Source: Botryllus schlosseri
Lineage: Eukaryota
Length of the DNA stretch: 64,000 bases
Reading direction: 5' to 3'
Assembly: GCA_051294905.1 (NCBI GenBank)
Contig: CM119371.1
Span: 25,856,001 to 25,920,000, forward strand
Shown here: positions 15,299 to 28,667 of the stretch, in pieces
How positions within the stretch are numbered: the stretch's first letter is position 1
Layout: every line of letters starts with the position of its first letter
Notes under the pieces: model-generated
Seen by the model: only the letters and a program-made list of their open reading frames with translations
Databases searched by the model: none
What the model was told of the DNA's origin: nothing
Program-made: the position numbers and the translations under genes

Positions 15299-17789
15299 GT
15301 AAATACACAGCGAATCCATATCGCATCGCATCAAATCGTGTTTCCAGTTCTTGTGAAAAGCCCGGTCGTTACAGGGGGTCTGAGGGACTTCGCCCGCCAC
15401 AAGCTTTATTGATCGTCTTATGGGGGGCCCAAGAAAACTTTTGTGAGAAGGGGGTGGCGAAATGCTGTTTCGGTACTGATTCTAGCTGCAATCTACGCTA
15501 ACATAGTGTGTAAGCGGATGGCTATAGTGGCAGATTCAAATGCTGAGTATAAAATTGCGAAATAGCAGTTGGATGCCCGTTTCAGGTAGGGCTGTGTGAG
15601 AATATGATAAGGTAAACATAAACTTCTGCCTACGATCTACTTAATAAAGATATTCCGAGCTGCCGTTATACGAGTAACGGAAAATAGCCGCTCGGTTATG
15701 ATTTTTTATCAGCAGTCGTTGGTTTTTAATGCTTCGATGTTGAAATTGTCATGTTTGATTTGACGAGTACAAAATCTCGAATCTTTGTCCGGTGTAGCCT
15801 ATACACGTAAACATCAAACATCAAAACATCAATACATAGTACATACGTTACTATTCCAAACTAGGCAGAGTGGTGATTATCATCCTGCTGCGAGGTAGTG
15901 GCGTCTGCAGTGCATTGATAACCTGACATGATGCACGGCGGGTGTTCTTACAATCACAGTACTACATGTAGCCTACATCGAATATCTATTTACTACGTGC
16001 GGATAATTTCGTTACGCAATCAAGAACCAAGCCAATACTTGTGACGCAATAATGAGCAGAGGCGTTTGAAAATCAGACATTTCTGCTATCTAAAACCTGT
16101 TTTAAATCACGCTCTTCGTTGTTCAGGTTCACAAATGTTCAGTTAATGTCATGGGCATTGCACAAATGAAAAGTAATCGTTCTTTCACAAAGAAATCGAT
16201 TAGATATGTGAAGTAGTCGATTACGATTACGATTACTTCGGATTTTTTTCAAATGTAATCGATTGCGATTACGATTACTTGGAAATGCTGTAATCGTCGT
16301 AATCGATTACGATTACTAATCACGATTACCCCATGTCTGCTACTTATACGAGTGCAATGTATTTGAATTTCATTAACTGAATCGCTTGCACAGGAGTGTA
16401 TCTAATACCTTACCATTACATTACACTTCAGTACTTTTGTTTAGCTCTAATTTTGATTGCAACATTAGATATAATTGGGCGCCAACTTCGAAAAAATGAT
16501 AAACTCACTAGAACAGTGATTTTCGAACTTTTTCTGACACGCCTACCCCTTGATGATGGTAAATATGTCGCCCTCTCTCTTATCGTAATAACAATAAATA
16601 ATAAAAAAGAGCATTCGGAATGTTTGCATAATTGCGTTCCTAGTTTGGTGGCATGGAGGGTGTTGACTATTGAGAGAATTATGGTATATGAATTTAGGAC
16701 TATACACTGAGCAGTAAGGTTAAACCGGAGTTGATCATGCGCAATGGTAGCTCGTAGCACGTATATATTCTAGCTATTCTGGTGTCTAATCCCTTTTATT
16801 ACCCCACTCGAGCTTAACCGAAACGTATATGACTATAAGGTAAATCAAAAACCAATAGCACACACCGTGTGCTATTCAAACTTGGCACTTTATCATGGGA
16901 CAAAACAATTTTTCTCTACGGGTCACGGGTGTTTGACAAGGGAATAATTCAATTGAGTACTCTTGGGCTGCCATGAAATGCGCTTCAAAGGAATTTTCTA
17001 CGCAATATGTACTAATTGAGTATACTCACAGCGGCTACTTCGGCGTTCTAAGCCTCTTCGATATAAATCTTTGTTGCTCCGATTCAAAAGGCATAACATA
17101 CATGCGATAGGACATGACCTCATAAGGATGTGTCTTATTTATCCATAACTTTGTGCTGTTCCACGCACTCTGCAAAAATCCTTGGCAAACGTGCCATAAA
17201 AGTATCAGCTAACAGCTATACGCAATCACCAGTTTATCTTGATTCAGTTCATCGGACAAAATCCGGTATCAGTTAAAATCAAAATATGGGTGGCATAAGA
17301 CATTCAAAATCGTAATTGTGATATATATAGGAGTATAGGACAATTGCTGCTGTTGAAACTTGGAAGTTTCAGCACAAATTAAAGGCATTCCTAGTTCAAG
17401 AAACATCATTTCTCTCAGACGGCTTCGCGCCTCCCTATTTTGTTTTCAATATATTTCTATAATGAAAGATTATTTCTTTGTGGTAACTATGCCCGTCGCT
17501 CATGAAAGAGACCACAGCGTTGTGCTGACGTAAAGTTTTGAAAACGTGGTTGTTAAACTGTGTGGCCTATTTTATCTTGATATTGAATTCATGCGGTTTG
17601 CGACCTCCTACGTAATCTGTAAGGTGGCCCACAACCTGTGTTGAGGTGCCGCCCCGGGTTTATACAGTATACGCTTGCAATACATTCCTCATCATCGCAC
17701 AGAGGCGCCAGATTGTGTGCTTGGACTATATATAGTCTAAAGGCACATGTACCCAGTATCGGGCCAAATCATCCGCCTTTACCAATATT

Positions 17790-18005
17790 ATTTATAGCGG
17801 AAATCACAGTTGCTCGAGGTCGGAAACCAGAGGTCACAGGTTCGATTCTCGCTGTCTGTTCCCCTCCACCGATTGGCACTCGGTCACATGCGTGGTAAAA
17901 GATTAGGCAGGTGTTACTGCATCCAGCGGCAAGATTACGCGCATCATATGAAGCAACCCTACTTTCGCTCTAATTGTTGATCGTCAAACAATACTCAAGA
18001 TGAAT
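17790..18005 (+). mobile_element. SINE-like element
   Basis: B-box-like GGTTCGATTCTC; its 3' part (TTACGCGCATC...GATCGTCAAACAATA) recurs at ~8549-8612. Confidence 0.45.
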
Positions 18006-18214
18006 ATCCTTCATTACTATCAATACCGACCAAATGTTACGGAAAAACAGTATTAAGTTTGAGCCGCTACGGCAACCTCACGCGCGGAAGAAGGTGAAGC
18101 ACTCTTGCGAATTCTGCAGCTAGGACCTATGTTAGCAAAAGTGATTAAATAATAATATATCATGCAGAGATCAGCATAGAATTTGCGATTTTTTTTTGTA
18201 TACGAGTGGTATTT

Positions 18215-18840
18215 GTACATGAAATGTCCGATTACATCCATTTGTATGCGACGGCTGACTAAATTTCGGTCATATCAGATATGGGCTCGATTTGAAATGA
18301 ATTCCGAACTAGGGTTACAAACTCAAATTCTGAGCCGGCTTGTATTACAAAATATCAAGTCCACTCATTGCTTGTACATTAGCCTCTACAAAGCTCGTGT
18401 AGAAGAGCTTTTAAACCTTTACGTGCCTGTTTGTGCGTCATGACAAATATCTCCCTGTCTTACTGGATCATGAGATATAACGGTTGGACACCGCTGCTTC
18501 GAAGTAATCTGGTGCATTGTCAGCTGTACTTGGAAAGGGATCCGATAATACCGGGTAGCTTTTTGCTTCTCAAATGAACCGATAATATTTTACGGCGCAG
18601 ACAGCAAAGACGCGATCTATCTATGAGTGTGGAGGAGCAAGTTATCCATTTTTTGCAAAGTTTATATTCATTATACGACGAAAAATTCAGTACATCATTG
18701 TTATATGAAGATAGCTGGGTAGATAGTTAGGCTCCTTTCTGTTCCCTGAACCAAAACATACCAAGCCACAGCATATCACTTCATAATAAATATCTTATAC
18801 AACCAGACATCGGTTATGGGCTCAAGATGTTTATGTTTAC
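18215..18840 (+). repeat. Dispersed ~600-bp repeat, diverged copy of ~11100-11705
   Basis: Shared blocks such as TTACTGGATCATGAGATATAA, CGAAGTAATCTGGTGCAT and GGATCCGATAATACCGGGTAGCTTTT. Confidence 0.85.
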
Positions 18841-19479
18841 GAACGTCTTCATGGTAGGGTAGGATCGAATCTTTCAAAGTACGATTTTTTAATCTGGCAT
18901 CACCCTCAGCCTAATGCCGGTTTTCGATATTTTTATTTATTTTTCAGTCTTACTCGGTTATTTTATTCTCTTACTTGTTTTGGTGCTTAATCGGGTATTC
19001 CTCCGGGCTTTTTATCGTAACGGAGTCATGATAAAATCGACGTAACGGAGGAGAATATCAGATAAGCCTGTGAGGTTACGGGGCAGAGGATTGCCAAGAA
19101 TCAAATCGGGTACTCAACAGTCAATGGTGGTGGTACATAACTCACTCACATATAGTGCCATTAGGGAAAGGGAATAACTAAAGCAGGAGGCCATCGCTCG
19201 GACAATTGGGCATTGGGCAGTGATGTTGAAGTCTGGTCGAAGGTGTTGACCAGTTTTCTAGTCCAGGGGTTCTCAACCAGTCGGCCACAGGACCATTGTA
19301 AGATGTGTCACGTATTGTACATAATATCCATTAAATATTCCCAGTTGCAATAAGTCGAATACCCCTAAATATAATGATGTTGTTGATTTTGATTTAAAAC
19401 GATCATCAGTGTGTAAAAATAACAAGTCGATTGAATTTCAGATCTTTATAATACGATTGAGCTCTTCTTTTATCCAGCT

Positions 19480-20219
19480 CAGTCGTTCTCACCCGAGGGT
19501 CCGCGAAGCATTTTCGGTGGGGTCCGCGAAACCGGTGGGGTCCGCGAAAAAATAGTTGATATCCCAATTTTATAATATTATATATTAGGGAAAGCACTAG
19601 GAAGTTTTGCTTCATAAATCACTTCAATAGAATGGTCGTCTTAGAATATCCTACTGAACAAATTCATTTCTATTTTAAAATAGCCTACTGATGCAAACAT
19701 ATTTCCTATTAGAGAGGGTTTGTTGGAGTTTGTGGAGAAATAAGTTGGAGTAGTAAGATCAATCAGCGTGAATTCGAAATTTTTGCTAAAAAAAAACATT
19801 TTCTCGTTTGATAAATATAACCACTGTTTCAGATTAACTCAAAAATGAGCTACTAGATAAAAATGACTTGGCTGGACGTTGTTTGTTCATTAGAAAATAT
19901 TCTTCTTATTTAGGTGCCATAATGGCTGTGATCCTACCGAAGGGTGTTGTCAGAAGCGTTACCCGTTATCATTATATTCGCCACCACCTGTCTTTGGATA
20001 TTCGGCACTCGTTCATATCGAATCGAAGGTACGAAGTTTCAAGACGCGACCACGTAGATCAAGAAATGCATCTGAAGAATTCGCACCCGATTTCCACATG
20101 ATACTATGATGGTATATTCAGGAAAATTAATTTCTTGCTGCTTGTATGTATAGGGGGTCCGTGGGTTTCCGTCACGTTTCAAAAGGGATCCGCGAAGACA
20201 AAAGGGTTGAGAACCACTG
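19480..20219. mobile_element. hAT-like MITE
   Basis: TIR CAGTCGTTCTCACCC / GGTTGAGAACCACTG with GGTCCGCG subterminal motifs; no clear TSD. Confidence 0.6.
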
Positions 20220-23200
20220 AAGCCCATACTGCGGAAACATGATCTTTTAGTGACCAGCGTGATGTAGGAGCCACATGACGGTATTGTATCATTGCAATAA
20301 ATGTTCTGACATCGCAACTTTAATTGGTGCGAGATATACTGCGTACATTTTACAACAGGGGTTGCCAAACGTTGGCCCGCGAGAAGGTTTTGAGTGATCC
20401 GCGGGGTAATTCTCGAAATTAGTTACAATATCCAGAAATAAATTTCTCAGGTATAGGTATGCAAGGCCAACCGAAAATTTGATTAGCCTGACTCCGAACT
20501 TTGGGATGTTGATGACAAAAATATCAGTTCCGACGCATTGGCGTAGCCAGGGGCCAGTAACATTTTTCGTAGATCTTCGTATATGAGCATCGAGTTGAAT
20601 TTTTGATGGCAGATTTATTTGACTCGATATTTTTCTTAGCACTTCGCGCGATTTATTGTCACTAGATTCTTGCTTTTAGTATTAGTATTAGTATTAGTAC
20701 TCGACTTGACTTGACTCGAATCACATCCAAAAATCGAGTGACTTGACTTGACTAGAGTCACCTTCGAAAATCGATTGACTTGACTAGACTCAAGTCAAAA
20801 TGTGCCATGACTCGTGACTCGAAGGTGTACCAATACTATAGTGACTTGATCCTAACACTGGCAGGTAATTGGTAAGATTTATCGTGAAAACGAGAGACAA
20901 CCATATTGCTCGTGAAATGGTGAAAGATAAATATATCGAAATGCTAAAAAAAAGCATCGAGCGTCAAAAATTTAAAACGCACGACGTTGGTAAATTGGGA
21001 ACTACAACATATGATAACGCAGTGTCGAAGGTTTCAACCAGCTAGAAATGCTTGATAGAGATTGCGATATTTTGGTCGAAATGGGCGTTTTAATATGGGG
21101 CCAAACATCAGTACAAAATTTGAATTAATAAGCAAACAATGCCAATAGAAAAGAGGTTCAGAACTGTACGCAAAATACGATGGCAAGATTCTCTAGTAAG
21201 TGCCGGTACACATAAAAATTATTAACTCCTCAAAAACTTGCCTGAAATCAAATATGGAGACAGTCAGGTACAAAGCCACGAAGGTGGTCGATTTTTAGGT
21301 GATCGAAGCGGTCTGCTTTTGCTTTGTGCGACAAATTACATTATAGGTTACGACCATTTAACAGAGATTCACATGAAGTCTAGATTCGACGAAGGTTCAA
21401 GGTAGACAGCATCAGTTCAACTCTTCCAACACAGAGATAAGAGAAGTGCGATGTCACCATCGTTTCAGTCGACTGTTCCTCATATAGGTGCTGAAATACT
21501 AACCTATAGATTGCAGTAAAAACGTTGGAGTTCAGGATTTGTTCAGTTTATTCAATTCCTTCAATAGTACAGCAAGATTGCGATAAGGATAGCAAGATGT
21601 AGAAACGACGCGGTAAAGTCTTTGTGTCACGACACGCTTGAACACTGAATGAAAAGCAATAAAAGCATCATGAAATGAAAATGCAATGAAAATTGCAGAC
21701 ACGTGTCTGCAACCAAGGTCGATATAATCGTGTTCAGGCAATCTCGAGCGCTGACGTGCTGAATGTCGTCCATTGAAGGTCGGTAGGCTACTGTTAGGCG
21801 GACGTATTCAACGCAACTGAACCGTTCATATGGATGCACCTCCTTCGTGAAATCGGGTAACAACCAGTGCTGTCAATTGGCTTATTTGGATGCCAAGTTT
21901 AGCCATTGAGGCACATGTTTATGTTCGTTAGTACCAGAATTTGGGTTTTGGCACGTTGGGACTATTTTGGCACTTCCAAATTGATTCAATTATCAAAATG
22001 AAAAAAAGTCAGCCCATTGCTGCTAAGCTTGCTCATCCACGAGAGAAAATTTACCTAGTTCGTCTTTGTGCCATTTTTAGTAGAATTTTGGACCTCTACA
22101 TATTCAACTTGACGACCCTAAGCAGAGATAAGTGAATTACACCAAGACTTCCGATCATGCTTCTGCAACTAGGGTCGCATTTAAAACAAGCCGTGTTTTA
22201 AAAGACTTTTTTACGAACATATTATGAAAAAATGTCTTTTTAGAAATAAAACATTTTTTAAAACATTGCATAGGTAAGGCATAGTTGTGTGAATACTGTC
22301 GTAAACATGTTGTATGAGCCTACGGACGATTTACACCCAACGTAGTCCATGTATACGGTGTGGAGTGGCTGGAACCCTCGAAATCGTCGTCCGTTCAAAA
22401 GTTATAGCAAGTAGACATATATAATTGGTACGGAATGGGTATTCTGGTGATGATGACAGCCGATCGTAAAAATGCTGCGTAACGACGTAGTCTTGGTTAA
22501 AGATATCTGTGCGCCTTGGTTTAGGTATCGTAACTAGGACTGGGCACAAGGATTCGAGTACTCGAATCTGAATGGAGTATTGAAGCGAGTCTAGGAATAA
22601 AAGACCATTTTTTCGAGTAGTGAAATTATAAGCTCTTCGCCACTGAAATTAAATTTATCAACGAGAATTAAAGTTACGATACTATCTCCACTGTGGTAGC
22701 CTTGAAACCGTGCCCGTATCGCGGCGTACAATACATAGTGAAAAGCTAAGAACGTTGCTAGAAACACCACATTTCCGAAGTCATGGTCGTCCCACATCAT
22801 TATCAAAAAGTGTAATGGAATCGGTATGGTCGAAAAATTATTAAGTATCTTCACTCTTCAGTGTGATGGATAGCAGGCATTATATTGTTCTTGATCGCAT
22901 CAAAATGAATTTTGTTGTGACGTCATAATGCGTGATACTCGAACCGGCTTGAAGCAAAAAACGTGATCCGGAATCGAATCTCTCCGGTACTCGAATTTGC
23001 CCAGCCCTGCTCGTAAGTCGTAACCCATAGTGTCTGCATTTGAAACCCGCCGAATGTATATTCCACTGGCGAGGAAGCAGTTTCGTACCAATCACACAAT
23101 CGGAAGAAGTCAAACAAAACTCTCACTCTCGTAAGTGTCCATGCCGCAAGGGAACTATCGTCTTTATTATGATTTCCTAATCGCTATGATATTGAATAGA

Positions 23201-23462
23201 AACTGATTCAAAAACATTGTTTTTCTGTCCAATGTGCTATAGACATTGCCTGTAGCTTATAATGCGTGTTACTGCGATAAAAGAAGTATGATATGGAACT
23301 GTCGTCGATACAAATATCAGGAGGAAACCCCATATTCCAAGGTCCCATTACCATAAACGTTTAAATTGGAGAAATCAGAAATAATAATATCTCATCTGCA
23401 CAGCAAGATGAGGAGAGAGAGAGAGAGATGATATTCTTTTTCATCTGTCCCGTCGGGATGCT

Positions 23463-24507
23463 TTGACGACGGAGTTGCGACACGACCTACGAGCTATAGA
23501 GAAGCCGGACGCGTCACCATTACACCATCACGTTCGATGGGAAAACGGGTCGTTCGTGGGTAAAGGTCGGAATGAGTCTGATTACAATGCGCGCTTAACT
23601 AAAACAAAAGAGAGAGATTTCCACGATCACGTCGAAAAGCAAAATGAATTTTATCAGATCATGAATTATCCAAAAGGTCGCATTTTAATTGTCAATAACG
23701 AGTTTCGTGGTGAGGACCGTCAAAGTCATGGTTCGAACAAAGACGTGTGCGATATGTGTCACTTATGGATGGAGATGGACTGCAGTGTAGCGGTTTAAAC
23801 CGATCTTACTGCCGAGAATATACGCTGGCGAGTGAAACAATTCGCTGAGCAACAAGAACGATCTGATATCTGCGTCGTCGTAATCATGTCGCACGGCTTG
23901 GAAGACGACATGATAGTGGGAAGTGAAAAGGGCGAATTGGCAGTCAAGGAAATAGTGGAAATCATCAAGTCTAAGTCCAAGTCTGAAAGGAAAGACAAAG
24001 CTTATCTTCTTTCAAATGTGTCGAGGAAGTAAAGTACAAACAACGCATGTAGATGTTGGGGCATTCAACACGGATAACAGTACGTGGATAAACAAAATGC
24101 TACATGAAGTACTCCCAGACGGAAAAATACTTGGTTCAGATCAAATCGAGGTTGATGCCCGCTTTACTGATCCTTTACCTTCATCATCTACTGACTTGAA
24201 CGTTTCACCTTCGCCAAATAAGGACATTATGGTAGCATTCGCAACCCAACCTCATTGCGTATCCGTTGGCGAAACTGATAATGGCCCTTGGTTCATTCAA
24301 AGCATCAGGAAAGTATTCGCCGGGTGCACCGCGAGACATGATGTCAGCACCCTAATGAGCATGGTGAAAAAGTACTTGAAGAAGAAGAGGGTATACTCGC
24401 CAGGAACACGTATCCACATGGGCGTAGTGAACATGGACGACAAGGATAGCTTCGGAAAGAAACGATTGATGTTGTTCCCTGGATTTCCCAAACCTCATAA
24501 AGAATAG
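23463..24507 (+). pseudogene. Intronless caspase (peptidase C14) pseudogene
   Basis: YPKGRILIVNN, VVVIMSHG (catalytic His), KLIFFQMCRG (catalytic Cys), DIMVAFATQP and GPWFIQSI; in-frame TAA at 23796-23798 and a frameshift near 23990. Confidence 0.88.
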
Positions 24508-25639
24508 CCTCTTTTAAATAAAATGGGTCCGACCGATATAATACTTCACTGGTTCCCAAACTCTTTGTTATCATGGACCCCTTCAGACAAATTATTATTC
24601 TTTGGACCCCTGTCGTAATTTTACCCGAAACTGAATTTATATAGTCCTGAATATTGTGATAATCATACTATCAACTACTGCGCTGTGTCGAATTGTTGTT
24701 GTTGTTGAAGAAATAAAGAAAGGAAGGAAGAAAGAAAGAGAAACAAAGAACAGCCGAACTAATCTTAGAACAAATGTTGAATATACGCCATTGACATAAA
24801 ATTGAAATTGTAATTATAATGGATAGCAATAATGGACGGAGTGAACAGATATAAATAGCCACACAACTGGAGTTTAGTGAAATGTACGATTGCACGGCTG
24901 TAAGTACGTGGATGTGATGTGATACTATGTCGCTGTGATTTGAAATTCAAGGATCGTCGACTTCTTATCGCATTATCGCGAAATAACGGAAATTGACGGA
25001 TTCTTGCAGTAAAAGCTCGAAGTTTACTATTGCAATTGATGCGGTATTTGAATTAAACAAGCGATCCGAATCTAGGCTGCTTTTTGATAGAGTGTCAGCT
25101 CGAATATACGCGTTTATAGCCAATAAAGTTTTTTATTTATAGCTGTCGAGCTGGAGGACATTCACCAACAAGTCTTTGTTTGTGTACATGTACAACGGTA
25201 CGCCTTATAGCCGGCATTGCTCAAATCCTGCTCATCCTCCGCTAACTTTTCAATATTGTAGGCCTATATCTTGGTGTCATTGCGAATGTCGCGTCAAAAC
25301 AGAAAAACGACGCTGCACTGTTGTCGAAGTTTCCCTCGCGTCCAGGCTGCCTGCTAGCATAAGGAACTTAGTGGTAAGGTTTATATGATAATCGGAATTA
25401 TATAGATGACTCTTTTGTTAGATTAGATAGCACTGTCTTACGACATTCACGATATGTCCTTCATTTTATTCTTCTCGACTCTGGCCGCATCAGCAGCAGT
25501 AGTAGTTATATTATTAAAACTGCATGGTACAAGAAACATCGATGTGACTTCTTTTAGTAAGTTTCAGTTCGTCGCGGTGAAACAGTGCCTTTTTAATTGA
25601 TCCATATATTTTCAAGTTGTGAGGTATGTCATTGTACCG

Positions 25640-25829
25640 TCGAAGATTTTCGTAATTCTGACGAAGCTACGGGTGACGGAACTATTACGACCCAAGTCCG
25701 TCGTGCGGGTGAAGACGGCGAACAACTTTGTTTTTACAACTATTCCGCACAATCTCGCATTATCGAACAGGATTTTAACGTTTCAAGTTCTTGATAGTGA
25801 TGTGTTCGTCGCGACGTATCCTAAATCGG
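25640..25829 (+). pseudogene. Cytosolic sulfotransferase-like exon (PAPS-binding loop), probably frameshifted; 5' boundary uncertain
   Basis: FQVLDSDVFVATYPKSG followed by canonical donor G|GTAAGT at 25830. Confidence 0.75.
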
Positions 25830-26129
25830 GTAAGTAAGGTTCCGGATTCCGGAAAGTCACTGATTGAATTGTAATTGGCTAAAATAACGCTGCGCACCAC
25901 ATTTGGCTCGATTCCAACTGGTAGATGTGAGCGCACAGAAGTATGAAAATTTTGCATTTTATTATAAAAAAAAAAACTTGAAACAATTTTCAAGTATGAC
26001 TGTAAAACCCATGAAATTGTTGAGTTGTCTACAAAAACGATGCAGAACAAATTTGACGCAATTGATACATTCTGTGATTACCCACTGTCCAGTAGGGCTG
26101 TACAAAAATAACTTATTCTCTCCGATTCG

Positions 26130-26640
26130 AGCGATTCACTGATTAAATTGTCAGGTTTACCTAAAAAAACGCGGCACACCGAATTTTATTCAATTCTAAC
26201 AAGTATACGACTCCGCACATCCAATTAAAATTTTTAGTATATTAGGAAAAATAAAAAATAAAATGTCGACCCCACGAAATTGTTGAGCTGTCTTCAGAGA
26301 CGATGCAAAACAAATTTGAGTCAATTACAACTAGTAGAAGCGGAGTTATTCGAGTTTTTCGTTGATAATTCTCGGATTATCCTTGATCGTTTGATTATCT
26401 ACGAAAAACTCAAAGAACTCCACTTCTACTAGTTGGAATTTACTCAAATTTGTTTTGCATCGTCTTTGAAGATTGCTCAACAATTTCGTGGGGTCGACAA
26501 AAATTGATTTTTTTTTTGAATATTTCTAATAAATTAATTTTTTGAAATCGATCTGCGGAGTCGTATACTAGCGAGAATTGAATCAAATTTGGCGTGCGGC
26601 GTTTTTTAGGGTTACCTGACAATTTAATCAGTCAATGGCT
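26130..26640. repeat. Long imperfect palindrome (foldback element)
   Basis: Arms such as GATTAAATTGTCAGGT/ACCTGACAATTTAATC and GTATACGACTCCGCA/TGCGGAGTCGTATAC, centred near 26385. Confidence 0.85.
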
Positions 26641-28667
26641 TGAAGAACACCCCTACTGTCCAGGGTATTTTTTGCGAATCAAGAATTTTCAACTGCGATA
26701 ATTTGCACTGTAAATCCGCAAGGTCGTATTGAACACTTCATAACACTTTTTTCTGCGTACAGACACACTTTTTGGGCATATAAACGCATTGGGCCATTAT
26801 CGTCGCAACGCTTCTGCGTATTTCTCCGTTTACTTGTAACACTTCGTCACTGCGGCTTATTTTCAAGAAAATTTATACTTGGTAATTTATCATCAATTTT
26901 GCATTCATAAACCATCGCTACGTTTGGAGATCACATTAAATCACGGTATATGTAAAATAATATTACTCACTTGACCCAACACTAAGTTTAAGGGTAATAT
27001 TTCAATGAAATATACATATTTCCCTGTGACGCAGAGGGGTCACAACCTTCGTCGCGGTAGAGCGCGCTCGATTTCAGTTTGGATTTGAATTGGTGGTTCG
27101 TCAGGCTTCAGGCAGAGGGTAAGGTACACGAAAAAACTTGGCGAAATGGATATATTGAAGCAGTTTCTGCTACCTGATGGCGTAAAGGATCATAAATTCC
27201 ATGTACTGTAAGGTATGGAGATGCGGTAAATGTTATTGAATGTATGTAATGTGAGAATATTCATAAAATTAACTCGTTTTGACATTGCAGTAACGTCGTT
27301 TGTTTTAGATGTTTTAGCAGGCTACTCATATCCCTTATTCATATGAATGTTCTTTAGATGTTTTGTAGTATATGATTCGTCTGATATTATTGCTGGATGA
27401 TCGAGCTTCGAATCTGATAATATACCAGGCTGCGACCAGGTCCAGTACTACGGTACTGATGGGAAGCTGCTATAAAATTAACTTTTTTGACATATGGATA
27501 AAGGGATGTTCTCTCTATCCACACTGAAATATCACTATGTAGGCGATATTGTGGTCCATTGTGGACAAGTACTGCAATGTCAGCAATTGAATGCCGGTAT
27601 GACAGTCATGCAACGGTTTTGATTGTTTTTCAACTGCAACACGTTTTACACTGTAGGCCTACTGTTTATTCCAAGTGGTAAGGTGTTAACTAAAGCGATT
27701 TTTGAAATGTCAAAATAGGTCAGAATTTTGTCAAAATTGTACCGTTAGGTCAAAAATTGCCAAAATTCTTCACAAAATCAAAATTTTGTTGGCAACTTGC
27801 ATTTCGTTTGTATCATAGATGATTGCACTGTCGGTGAACTTATCATTTTACAATTTACATCTTGTAGCCTACTTTATAGTCCTACCGTTGTAGACGGACC
27901 ATCGTCTGCTCATTGTGAATCATAAACTGTCAAATGAAACAAATACTCAACGTAGCCTATTGCACTATCCTAACTGAAGCAAGACTGCGTTGGCATTGGT
28001 TCTTCGATTAAAAACCGTATGATGAATACTTGCAATGTAGACAACTTTGTCATAATGAGAGAGAGAGTGCAGTGTACGCACAACTTCAGTGTTGCCGGCC
28101 AACAACTGCAGCTGGTGAACGTTCTTTCTTCATTCTTGCCAAGCTACTTAGTTAGGACAGACACTTTCTACCCGAAAATGTAGGAAAGTATCTTTCGTTG
28201 TACTACAACAAATTTTTAATTATTTCTACCATAATACGAGATGTAACTAATACTAGAATTATTCATGGGTCCAGATTTCGATAAAATAAGTTCTTTTTCA
28301 TGTGAAAATTTGTCAATTTTCATGCTAAAAGATTTTTTCAGATCAAATTACTTCGGAAGAACAGAGAGCTCCAGCCAGAAATAAAGATAAGTTCTGGTAA
28401 TACAATTCTAACACTATGTAAGAAAAACCTAATTTAAGTACATGGGGTCAAAATTAAGTTTTTCATCATCAAAATATGTGTGAATTTGAATTTTTTAGTC
28501 AAAATCTTACCTTTTTAGGTCCAAAAAATCGCCCCAATAATAGCACAGCCAAACAAACAATCTTTTCAACAAACCATGGATCACAAGGGGTAGTATTTGT
28601 TTTGCCCAATCCCCAAATTTGACTTTTCTGAGTTTATTGTGATACGGTAACTGAACTGAACTCTATT

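Larger units (their letters stand above)
13719..16339. mobile_element. Non-autonomous DNA transposon with GATTAC subterminal repeats
   Basis: TIR CAGACATGGGGT / ACCCCATGTCTG; perfect TSD CTACTTAT. Confidence 0.9.

Noticed and set aside
20870..21870. Purine-rich degraded coding-like stretch
   Set aside because: Multiple stops in all frames and no motif recognised.
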